Part shown: positions 9,599 to 17,848 of the stretch, one piece after another
Layout: each line of letters starts with the position of its first letter
Position numbering within the stretch: position 1 is the stretch's first letter
Source of the DNA: a virus
Taxonomy: Duplodnaviria > Caudoviricetes
Virus record (IMG/VR): IMGVR_UViG_2888028904_000001
Location: 1 to 64,000 of that record
Direction: 5' to 3' (one strand)
Length of the DNA stretch: 64,000 nucleotides
Made by a program: the position numbers and the translations under genes
Notes under the pieces: model-generated
The model's database searches: none
The model's input: the letters and a program-made list of their open reading frames with translations, nothing else
Told to the model about the DNA's origin: nothing

Positions 9599-10291
9599 TA
9601 AATATAAAACCACCCGCTATGCGGGTGGGCATTAAAGGTTATACCAAGAAAAACACCTTTCCGTTACGATATAGATGTTCAAGCTAATATTCGTAACTTA
9701 AATAAGGAAAGGTGTTTATGGGCATTAAAGCACAAAGCTCAGTACATACAAAGTGGCTGTGTAAATACCATATCGTCTTTTCGCCGAAATATAGACGGAA
9801 AGTAATTTTTAATAAAATTCGTTCAAGTATAGGTGAGATCCTTCGAGACCTTTGTAAGTATAAAGGAGTGGAAATAATCGAAGGGCATCTTATGCCAGAT
9901 CATGTTCATATGTTAGTGAGTATTCCACCGAAGATATGCGTATCAAGTTTCATGGGATATTTGAAAGGTAAAAGTTCGTTGATGATCTTTGATAGACATG
10001 CCAATCTTAAATATAAATTTGGCAACAGAAAGTTTTGGGCGGAAGGGTTCTATGTCACAACAGTTGGACTCAATGAAGCCACAATTCAGAAGTATATCAG
10101 AGAGCAAGAAAAGTCGGATTTAATCTCAGATAAATTGAGTAGTAAAGAGTATGTCGACCCCTTCAAGGGGTAAGCCAAAGTAGCAAAGACACTTAGCTTG
10201 AACGAAGAGAAAGCAGCGTCATTTAGGCGCAGTCGGTAACAAGCCCTTATAGGGCTAGAGCAAACCACCCGTTTTACGGGTGGTTATGATT
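9599..10291 (+). mobile_element. IS200/IS605-family element (IS200-like, tnpA only); ends approximate
   Basis: Subterminal hairpins CCACCCG..CGGGTGG at ~9610-9628 and ~10266-10283; AAACACCTTTCC/GGAAAGGTGTTT inverted repeat covering the tnpA RBS. Confidence 0.9.
9718..10173 (+). CDS. tnpA: IS200-family Y1 HUH transposase
   Basis: YHIVFSPKYRR, DHVHM (HUH), LKGKSS, YIREQ. Confidence 0.96.
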   Translation: MGIKAQSSVHTKWLCKYHIVFSPKYRRKVIFNKIRSSIGEILRDLCKYKGVEIIEGHLMPDHVHMLVSIPPKICVSSFMGYLKGKSSLMIFDRHANLKYKFGNRKFWAEGFYVTTVGLNEATIQKYIREQEKSDLISDKLSSKEYVDPFKG

Positions 10292-10446
10292 TAGGACGGG
10301 TCTTTTAAATTAAAGAAGTTTACTTTTAGTCGTTTTACTGCCTGCTTACGCCGACTACAGAACCTTATTGATTGAAGTCTTCGTTAATATTAGTAGGGTT
10401 TTATTTTTGATAGTACACAAGTAGTTTCATCGCTAAAAAATAAAGT

Positions 10447-10653
10447 TTGCTATCTGAATTTTTCTATGGCTTAATAGCGTCACTGGTTTGGAAGTACAGA
10501 CCTATTTATGTTAGTAAGTTTAAAGTTGTTCCCGTTTAGCGTTATCCTCGATACCTCTTCATTGTGAATTCCTTCTAATTAATTCCCATAAGTAAAAATA
10601 CAAAACAAACCGCCTATGCCTTATGGCAAATTAAATAAATTAAAGGAAATTCT
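10447..10653 (+). promoter_or_regulatory. csp promoter and long cold-shock 5' UTR
   Basis: TTGCTA...CTTAAT promoter; GGTTTGGAAGTACAGACC cold-box hairpin like the cspA leader. Confidence 0.65.
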
Positions 10654-10866
10654 ATGTCTAATACAATGACTGGTACAGTAAAATGGTTCGATGAAGGTAA
10701 AGGTTTTGGTTTTATTACTCCAGCTGATGGTAGCAAAGATGTCTTCGTACATTTCTCTGCAATCCAAAGTGATAACTTCAAAACATTAGCTGAAGGTCAA
10801 CAAGTTTCATTCACCATGGAAAATGGTATGAAAGGCCCAGCAGCAGGCAACGTGGTGGCTCTCTAA
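10654..10866 (+). CDS. csp: CspA-family cold-shock protein
   Basis: KGFGFI (RNP1) and VFVHF (RNP2). Confidence 0.97.
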   Translation: MSNTMTGTVKWFDEGKGFGFITPADGSKDVFVHFSAIQSDNFKTLAEGQQVSFTMENGMKGPAAGNVVAL

Positions 10867-10873
10867 AGGCGCT

Positions 10874-11015
10874 ATTACTATTCGCCTCTATTATTAAATG
10901 CCCTTGTTGTAGCGGTTCACAACATAGAACATCACAATTTGATGTCACAGTGAACAATCCACACGGCGCAAAATGTATCTTTTGCAAAAGTGTGATGACA
11001 GCTCAAATGAGTTAA
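10874..11015 (+). CDS. YmcF/YnfQ-like Cys-rich cold-shock microprotein (ATT start; possible +1 frameshift near 10893)
   Basis: 10896-11015 translates as KCPCCSGSQHRTSQFDVTVNNPHGAKCIFCKSVMTAQMS*, directly after csp. Confidence 0.8.
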
Positions 11016-11036
11016 GCATTAAATAGTTGAATATAC

Positions 11037-11062
11037 AAAACCTCGCTTCGGCGGGGTTTTTT
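11037..11062 (+). terminator. Rho-independent terminator
   Basis: AAAACCTCGC-TTCG-GCGGGGTTTTTT. Confidence 0.85.
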
Positions 11063-11198
11063 GCTATCTACAATCCCATATTGGTCTAAGATAAAAAATT
11101 TAGATTTTAGGGCTTGAAAAATACTTGCTCGTTCATATTTATATTTTTGGTAAATAAGAGACCGCCCATAATTCACTAAATACTGAAGGAGGAGTTAT

Positions 11199-11657
11199 AT
11201 GCCTAACATTAAACCTTTTTCATTATTCCCAACATTATCTGACAACTTACTTTCAAATCGTTTTGATCAGATAGATCACCTGTTTAGCCAGTTAACAGGC
11301 AGTAAGCCTATTGTATCACCTGTACAGACTTATAATCTGAAACAGATTGATGATAACCATTATGAATTGACAGTCAGTGTGCCTGGATATCAAGAAAATG
11401 ACTTATCGGTTTCATTAAAAGGAAGTCATTTATTGATTGAAGGGAAAAAAGAAGAAAAATCAGAAGAAGACAATGATAAATGGATCCACCGAGGCATATT
11501 TCAAGGGCAATTTACATTGCAATTTGACCTCGGTAAAAATGTTAAAATAGAAAAAGCGGATTTATCAAGTGGACTTCTGACCATCGCTATTGAGTATGAG
11601 TTGCCTGAAGAAGAAAAACGGCAAACAATAGCGATAGAAAATAAAGATAAAAAATAA
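11199..11657 (+). CDS. Small heat-shock protein (Hsp20/IbpA family)
   Basis: YNL..IDDNHYEL.VSVPG, HRGI..F..F.L, A.L..GLL.I; CTTGAAAA sigma32-like -35 at ~11113. Confidence 0.93.
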   Translation: MPNIKPFSLFPTLSDNLLSNRFDQIDHLFSQLTGSKPIVSPVQTYNLKQIDDNHYELTVSVPGYQENDLSVSLKGSHLLIEGKKEEKSEEDNDKWIHRGIFQGQFTLQFDLGKNVKIEKADLSSGLLTIAIEYELPEEEKRQTIAIENKDKK

Positions 11658-11680
11658 TTGAGTTAGATAACGTGAATAAG

Positions 11681-11719
11681 ATTAAGGCTACGCATGATGT
11701 GTAGCCTTAATTGTTTTTT
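11681..11719 (+). terminator. Terminator hairpin after hsp20
   Basis: ATTAAGGCTACGCAT/ATGTGTAGCCTTAAT inverted repeat plus T run. Confidence 0.7.
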
Positions 11720-11900
11720 TCGGAATTTTAAATTGCACTAATTCAAATTTTGGCGTGCAAAGAAAGTTTGTAAGCCGAGCTCAATTAGAGCAGGCTGTCT
11801 GGTTTGAGCGAGATGCAGACATTAACCACTGCACTCTAAAAGCTAAAATGGCAGCAGTACCGAATGACCTTCAGTTAGTAATGCAGGACTCTCTATACTG

Positions 11901-12689
11901 TTATAATAATCTTTGTGACAGTTGCATAAGCGCATCAGCCTCTGTGACATCACCAAATATTATTATCGAATCACTATTTAAACCGTTAAGAGACGGTCCG
12001 TACCAAGCCTTTTCCTTTCCACTATTGTACTGAACAAAAATAAACCTATCGTGGAACGTTGAGGTGTTATTATGGTTCGAGACTGAACAGCGAGGAAATT
12101 TTTGCTGAATTCGTTTTTCAAGCCTATCTATTTTTTGAAGGTCGTTTTGCGGTGTTAGCTTAAGTTCAAATGATGATGTACTAAGAATATTCAGATGTTC
12201 CAATAGCTTTAACAAATTATCAAACCCACCTCCGTTGCCATTTTGTCCAATGTCTGAATAAATGTAGGGATCTGTGAGGATTACTCGCTGTACTATTGCT
12301 TTTTTTATCTTTGTTGTGTCGATCAAGTTAAAAAATGATTTGGCTGGCGGATTATGGCCTTTCCCGCCTGCAACCGTCATCAATTGCATATCGTTGTTGA
12401 CGTTAAATCCTCCTTTCTTCCGTAGGCAATACGGATGATTGCAGGAATCCCCTTCAGGTATATCTGTTACTGGTTCTTCAAACCTTTGAAGCCAATCGCG
12501 AATTGCTTCGTGAAGTTCGTATGCATCCCAATATAAAGGATGAAAGAATGCTCGTGGATGCTTTGTGATGCCTTTGCACTTTTCATTTGAGAACAATTCA
12601 GGGGCGCTTTCTCTTAATTCTTTTACGTCTTTAGCTCGTGGGGGTAAATCGAGAATCATTCGTGTAAACCATTCCATCGTTCTCTCCAT
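11901..12689 (-). CDS. Hypothetical protein with C-terminal PLD-like (HDR) domain
   Basis: ILTDPYI ... FHDRFIFV ... YGPSLNGL motif set. Confidence 0.6.
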   Translation of the reverse strand: MERTMEWFTRMILDLPPRAKDVKELRESAPELFSNEKCKGITKHPRAFFHPLYWDAYELHEAIRDWLQRFEEPVTDIPEGDSCNHPYCLRKKGGFNVNNDMQLMTVAGGKGHNPPAKSFFNLIDTTKIKKAIVQRVILTDPYIYSDIGQNGNGGGFDNLLKLLEHLNILSTSSFELKLTPQNDLQKIDRLEKRIQQKFPRCSVSNHNNTSTFHDRFIFVQYNSGKEKAWYGPSLNGLNSDSIIIFGDVTEADALMQLSQRLL

Positions 12690-13109
12690 TACGGGTAACA
12701 GTTTAAAGGGTTATATTGACAGGCTGGATATTATATCGCTAGATTTCATCATATTACACTTTTCAGCATGCCTATTAAACGTCTTCTCCGAGGATTAGCA
12801 CACCGACAAATTTTGAATGGCTTCTTTTGGCACTAAACTGCCTGTAAACAGAACTCAAGAGGCTGATTTGAGCGAGGAGCGGAAGTTGGCATTTGCCATA
12901 ACCGCAGGGATGTAGGATTAACATTGACGTGTAATAATCAACTGGGAGAAGGTCAGGATTGCCTAACACTGTGGGGGGCGACGGCCGAGTTGACGGATCA
13001 CAAGGGAAAACTGCTGGCCAATAGCGACAGTGTGGCCAGCCCTTTGCGTAAGGTGTGCAATAAATCCTAGGCGGATATGCCAAGCGCAGAAAAAACCTCT
13101 AGGGGTAAG

Positions 13110-14267
13110 TTACTTGGTCGCAGCGGTTGGTCTTCCAACAAATAGATTGATACCGCTCCTTCGAAACTTACTTCTGTCGAATACGGAGACCGCGAACACC
13201 TCCGCAATGTGTTTGATCTGTTCAGGGCTGAAGTTATCGTTAATATACTTCGGACCGTAGGCGGAGTTCTCAACGTAGTTGAGTACGATGTTTGAAAGGC
13301 CAATCTTCAGCGCTTCATCCTCTAGCTTGAGCAGTCGTTCTATCGACGCCTTGAAGCTCTGGTTACCCTTAGAGAAGGTGAAGATGACATGGGTTTTATC
13401 GCCTTCCGGAAAAACGTTGAGCATCACGTTCTTTATTTCAGCATTGCTCGCTGCGCTTGATCGAGCCATTCGCTGCTCCTCCTGCTCGGATATGATCCGA
13501 CTGCCATCATGGTCGAAGTATGGGATAAACGACGCGCAGCATGCTACAAGGAAAGTACCGTCGAGGACATGGTAGACGTGCTCGAATCCCAACGACTCCT
13601 CGCGTTCTATAGTGTCTGTCAACTCGTCGCAGATTTGCTGCAGTTCAGAAATGCTGTGTTCGCACTGCATGTGCAGTACCCGAATTTGATGGTTCTTCTC
13701 CCCTTGCAACATGGCTTCGAGAATGAAGTCAGGGACCTCGATTTCGCCTGACTTGATCTGCGGTAGCGTCATCTGGAAGTGCGCTGGAAAGTCATTAACG
13801 TTTAACTTGTCACCCAGCAGAACTTCGAAAAAAGCCTTTGACTCAAGGATGGAGTGTAATTCCTTGGCTGCAGCCCGATAGGCGTAGATGTTCAGCTGCT
13901 TGTTCGTTGCACTGAACGCTACATCTTCAATCGGTTGGAATATGGCTTTGTCGTGGCCGCCGCAGAATCCGGTGAAGGTGCTGAATTTTTTGATTCCTTG
14001 TAGCTTAAATTCCGGCTGCATAGATTGCATGTCCTCTGCCGGCGCTAAGCCAAGGTGGTATATTTTCCCCTCGTTTTCTCCGCTTACATCTGCGATAGAT
14101 TCGAGTATTTTTCCCCGTTGGATAGAGTGGGCATGGATAATTTTCCCAGAACACTTAAGTTTATCGTCGCCGGCTCGCAAGCATGCTTTTATGCTGGCTT
14201 CTTTCTGGTTTTGGCTCAAAAGTTTGTTGAACTCGATCTGCTCTGGATTCACTAAGATTTTCCTCAA
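13110..14267 (-). CDS. Hypothetical protein with Cys/His HNH-like N-terminal domain
   Basis: C..C..HAHSIQ ... FTGFCGGHD..IF..IE; GC-rich relative to phage. Confidence 0.55.
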   Translation of the reverse strand: MRKILVNPEQIEFNKLLSQNQKEASIKACLRAGDDKLKCSGKIIHAHSIQRGKILESIADVSGENEGKIYHLGLAPAEDMQSMQPEFKLQGIKKFSTFTGFCGGHDKAIFQPIEDVAFSATNKQLNIYAYRAAAKELHSILESKAFFEVLLGDKLNVNDFPAHFQMTLPQIKSGEIEVPDFILEAMLQGEKNHQIRVLHMQCEHSISELQQICDELTDTIEREESLGFEHVYHVLDGTFLVACCASFIPYFDHDGSRIISEQEEQRMARSSAASNAEIKNVMLNVFPEGDKTHVIFTFSKGNQSFKASIERLLKLEDEALKIGLSNIVLNYVENSAYGPKYINDNFSPEQIKHIAEVFAVSVFDRSKFRRSGINLFVGRPTAATK

Positions 14268-14344
14268 ACAAGGCTGGCAAGCCCCGGGCTTGCATTATTT
14301 GGGCCTTCATGGGTCTCCTATGCGCCCCCTGTGTGAAAGGATGG

Positions 14345-15133
14345 CTAGATTCTGGTCGGCGCAATACTCTGAAGATCTTTGCACAAGGCAATGCCGTAGG
14401 CATTTGCAAGGTTGGCAATCTGCATTCCTATGGATTTCCGAAGTGCTGACAGTGCGTCATTGAAATGGAGCCACTCAGGATTACCTGAACTACATCGTAA
14501 TGTTCTAAGGTCGACTGACTTCATCGCGTCGAAGAAAATCAGAATCGTCTTGGTTAGCGACAGCAGTATTTCATCAAGTGCTGTTCCGTCGAGGAGATTC
14601 CCCCGAATAGTGGTGAATCGTCGACGAAGTTCATCAAGCGACTGTCGTACGTGGTCGGGACATTCGGCATCGAATGTGGCCCATAACGAACGACGATCCG
14701 TCATTGCAGAGACGATTTCCTTCGCTATCTGCGGTTCCATGCGCCCAGATTGAAGCAAGGCAAGACTGCGTGAATATCCTTCGGTGCGGACCTCTGATAC
14801 CATATTCTCGTGGTCTCGCTTCCACTTGCGAAGCAAGTCCGCGTCGTAAGCGCAGTCGTCACCATCGACAATGACTCCGCACTCCCGACAAAGCCACAGA
14901 CCGTTATCTATGGACGTTCGTTCTGCGACGGTCTGCGAGGTCTTGTAGCGTGGCCCCAGTTCGGAGGCCGCATGAATATGTGCAGCGTGACCCGAAGTCA
15001 AAGCTTTGTTTGGGTCGGAGTGCGGCCCGATCGTGAGCTTGAGACAACGCGGATTGGAGCAAAAATGTGCAGCCCGACGGGCAAGCGCTAATTTCGTGGC
15101 TGCTTTGAAGTCATCCCTCTTGGTCACTCCCAA
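14345..15133 (-). CDS. HNH endonuclease fused to DUF6650-like C-terminal domain
   Basis: CSNPRC..AAHIHAAS..GPRY..NGLWLCREC..VD; C-terminal RRSLW..E.PDHV.QSL.ELR. Confidence 0.7.
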   Translation of the reverse strand: MGVTKRDDFKAATKLALARRAAHFCSNPRCLKLTIGPHSDPNKALTSGHAAHIHAASELGPRYKTSQTVAERTSIDNGLWLCRECGVIVDGDDCAYDADLLRKWKRDHENMVSEVRTEGYSRSLALLQSGRMEPQIAKEIVSAMTDRRSLWATFDAECPDHVRQSLDELRRRFTTIRGNLLDGTALDEILLSLTKTILIFFDAMKSVDLRTLRCSSGNPEWLHFNDALSALRKSIGMQIANLANAYGIALCKDLQSIAPTRI

Positions 15134-15571
15134 CCTCTCTGTTTAATATGAATTATTTTCCCTAAATATTATCACGTCGTAGGAGCGAAAGCACTGACCA
15201 ATGCACTAAAACTCGATCGCGCCAGAGCCTTTAGTGTTCGATTCTCAATAGACGCTGCTGCATAAATCTGTGTGCTTAAGCCAGTAGGTTTTTTGCATGA
15301 GCCAGCCCAACAGTAGTTCCAAACCACGTTATCTATCCTAGCTGGTTCTGATATAACGCGGCTTTGAAGACTCGGAACAATCCTGTTCGCACGCAACCTG
15401 GAGTAGCGGTCTTTTAGCTGTATGGGCACAACGAAACTTGCTTACCATTGCGATCAGCTCTGCTGAATCTCCGACCTTGGCAGGGCAGCAGTCACTCAGT
15501 CCATGGAGAGTTCAATGATTGGTAGGACTACAGTGGCCACCTATCCGCCAAAACTGGAGGCTACAGTCAAT

Positions 15572-15616
15572 TGACCTGCTCCCCATAAATTAACATATCT
15601 CAATGTTATCAATGTC
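15572..15616 (+). mobile_element. Isolated IS3-family terminal remnant
   Basis: TGACCTGCTCCCC...ATGTT..AATGTCT resembles an enterobacterial IS3-family end; no transposase. Confidence 0.45.
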
Positions 15617-15678
15617 TGCTCCTGGCACTGAGCAGAATATCTAAATTGTAGGTATAAAAGAATTACCCAAAACAAAAT

Positions 15679-15784
15679 AAAAAAATGCCGATACGCTAGG
15701 AGTCATATCGGCATATAAAATAAACGCAAGAAGCAATGTAAGTCATGTCGTACTAATTCGTATCAGACCTGTCAATTTGATACG
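15679..15784 (-). ncRNA. ryhB: RyhB-like small RNA
   Basis: Core AGTACGACATGACTTACATTGCTTC vs E. coli RyhB AGCACGACATTGCTCACATTGCTTC (recalled); 5' stem CGTATCA/TGATACG; terminator ATGCCGATA/TATCGGCAT + U7; Fur-boxed promoter. Confidence 0.85.
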
Positions 15785-15787
15785 TAT

Positions 15788-15819
15788 GTAATGATAATTA
15801 TTCTCATTAATATATTCAA
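15788..15819 (-). promoter_or_regulatory. Fur box overlapping sigma70 promoter of the sRNA
   Basis: TGATAAT-T-ATTCTCA 7-1-7 motif (15792-15806); TTGAAT(15819-15814)-N17-TATCAT(15796-15791). Confidence 0.85.
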
Positions 15820-15948
15820 CCTTAAATTAAATAAGGTTACTTTGTAGCCTTTTTGTCTACGCCGACCACAGAATCAACACCCACTTATACCGTTCACACA
15901 AGAGCTGTGAGTCGGCACCTTATTAACTAAAATAAATCGGTAAATGTT

Positions 15949-16377
15949 ATGTCAAAAGAGATAAGCAAATTACAGTTTAGTCTTCACTATGCCTCAGAAA
16001 CAGACAGTGAAAAGAATACCTCCGTCATTTTAACGGCGAATATCCATACGGCTGATGGTGAAACCCAACAACTGACACAATTAATTTGTACAACATCTCC
16101 CGCAGGTAAAAAACAATATCGAATCGGTACACGAAAGATTAATGATGCTGGTGACCCATTGCTGGTGGCAATTGAATCTTATTGGCGCAAAAACACACAA
16201 GAGAGCTGTATTTATTTGTTAGAGAAAGCGAAGCAATTTATTCAAGGACACTTACAACAAACGAATACATGAATATCCATGTACGGACTTGTGATTGTTT
16301 CTAATGCGTCACTGGAAGAGCAATTGCCTGAAGGTTTATTAAAGGCACTTAAAGTATCAATACTCGCACCCGCCTAA
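15949..16377 (+). pseudogene. Hypothetical pre-holin gene with probable premature TGA at 16270-16272
   Basis: Frame continues 34 sense codons past the TGA to TAA 16377. Confidence 0.5.
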
Positions 16378-16442
16378 TTTTTATCGTTTCACTTTTAATT
16401 CTCTCATTCTAATCATCAACGGACACTCCTCTGGGGGTGACT

Positions 16443-16712
16443 ATGCGTATGGAAAAATTAACTAATGTAACTTATGGAACAGCAGGTCTAACGGCCTTTT
16501 TTGCCAGCCTCTCATTATATGAATGGGGATTTGTTATCGGAATGGCGTTTAGCATGGTTCTTGGTTTAGCCACCTATTTTATGACTCGTCGAGAGCAACG
16601 AAAACGCACTCAATTATTTGAAGAGCTTGTTCGTCATGTTGACCCACAAAACCCAACTGAAACCCTAAAAAGACTTGCTGAATTAATGGTGAAAGCGCCA
16701 AAGGATATTTAA
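16443..16712 (+). CDS. Holin with dual-start (Met-Arg-Met) motif
   Basis: Hydrophobic segments; ATG CGT ATG start; upstream of endolysin. Confidence 0.8.
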   Translation: MRMEKLTNVTYGTAGLTAFFASLSLYEWGFVIGMAFSMVLGLATYFMTRREQRKRTQLFEELVRHVDPQNPTETLKRLAELMVKAPKDI

Positions 16713-17182
16713 TGTCTATCAAACAGAAAGTAGCTGCGCTAACAACTGCGGGAGCCACAGCAATCGCGTTAGTAGTAATAGCCCATTTTGAGGGTGTGCG
16801 TTATGAACCTTATCGTGATGTGGCAGGTGTTTTGACGGTTTGTTATGGGCACACAGGCAAAGACATTATTCAAGGTAAGAGATACACACAACAAGAATGT
16901 GATGCGTTATTACAAAGTGATTTTATTAAGACACAACAGCAAGTCGATGCATTAATCAAAGTACCACTCGATGACTACACCAAAGCCGCTTTATATTCCT
17001 TTGCTTTTAATGTGGGTACAACCGCATTTGCTCGCTCAACATTACTCAAGAAACTAAACGCTGGTGATAGAGCGGGTGCCTGTGAAGAAATAAAACGTTG
17101 GGTTTATGCAGGAGGAAAGGTTTGGCGAGGGCTTGTCAGTCGTCGAGAAGCGGAGTCAGCACTATGTTATGGAAACCTTTAA
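16712..17182 (+). CDS. Lysozyme (SAR-type endolysin, GH24)
   Basis: Hydrophobic N-terminus; EG....Y.D..GV.TVCYGHT triad. Confidence 0.95.
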   Translation: MSIKQKVAALTTAGATAIALVVIAHFEGVRYEPYRDVAGVLTVCYGHTGKDIIQGKRYTQQECDALLQSDFIKTQQQVDALIKVPLDDYTKAALYSFAFNVGTTAFARSTLLKKLNAGDRAGACEEIKRWVYAGGKVWRGLVSRREAESALCYGNL

Positions 17183-17322
17183 TCATCATTATCGGCTTTA
17201 TTCTTGCATTACTCATTACAGTCGCTGGTGGCATTTATCTCTTGATTGATAACTCATGTACTAAAGATCAAGTTAGTTTAGAAAAACGCTGTCAGATTGC
17301 ACTCTCACATCATCGGTACTAA
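17164..17322 (+). CDS. 52-aa single-TM protein with C-x10-C
   Basis: Same-length homolog at same position in prophage 2 (52981-53139). Confidence 0.7.
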   Translation: MLWKPLIIIIGFILALLITVAGGIYLLIDNSCTKDQVSLEKRCQIALSHHRY

Positions 17323-17324
17323 TC

Positions 17325-17789
17325 ATGAAATACGGAAAACTCTATGCCGTCATTACGATGGTAGGCATCATTGTGGGTAGTTATTGGGTGATTAACTGGC
17401 AAGCTAACAGGATTAACTCACTGACAGATACCAACAAAAAACTAACAGTGGCTCTCGAAGAACAGAAGTCTATTAATGCTGATTACCAAGCACGCATAAT
17501 GCGGTTAAACCAACTGGATATTCAATATACGCAGGAGTTAGCGAATGCTAAAAATGAAATTAGTCGCTTGCGTGATATTAGTGAGCGTCATCCTGAGCGG
17601 GTGTATATCAAAGCAGAGTGTCCCAAAGTCACAACCACTCCCTCCACCAGCTTGGCTTATGCAACCACCGCCCGACCTACTGACACCGCTATCAGAAATT
17701 ATTGGATACTCCGAGAACGAATTGCAGAATTAGAGCAAATGATTAAAGGGTTGCAGGATTATGTAAGGCATGGGTGTTTAATAAATTAA
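17325..17789 (+). CDS. Rz: Rz i-spanin
   Basis: N-terminal TM, coiled coil, LQDYVR end. Confidence 0.88.
   Translation: MKYGKLYAVITMVGIIVGSYWVINWQANRINSLTDTNKKLTVALEEQKSINADYQARIMRLNQLDIQYTQELANAKNEISRLRDISERHPERVYIKAECPKVTTTPSTSLAYATTARPTDTAIRNYWILRERIAELEQMIKGLQDYVRHGCLIN
17545..17733 (+). CDS. Rz1: Rz1 o-spanin lipoprotein embedded in Rz
   Basis: LSGC lipobox, Pro-rich PPPAWLMQPPP. Confidence 0.85.
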   Translation: MLKMKLVACVILVSVILSGCISKQSVPKSQPLPPPAWLMQPPPDLLTPLSEIIGYSENELQN

Positions 17790-17848
17790 AATTTATATAA
17801 CCAAATTTCTACATAAGATTATACTTTAAATTTTAAGGTATATGGTAC

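Noticed and set aside
11140-11198. ROSE thermometer in the hsp20 leader
   Set aside because: No U(U/C)GCU motif pairing with the SD seen
11755-12033. 92-aa plus-strand ORF
   Set aside because: Spans a repeat element and the antisense of the PLD-like gene
12775-15091. Many overlapping short ORFs in the GC-rich island, including 14161-14418 with an AGGAG-preceded internal ATG
   Set aside because: Shadow frames of the two minus-strand genes; no recognisable motifs
15172-15429. 85-aa ORF upstream of the HNH gene
   Set aside because: No motif or clear RBS; possibly a remnant
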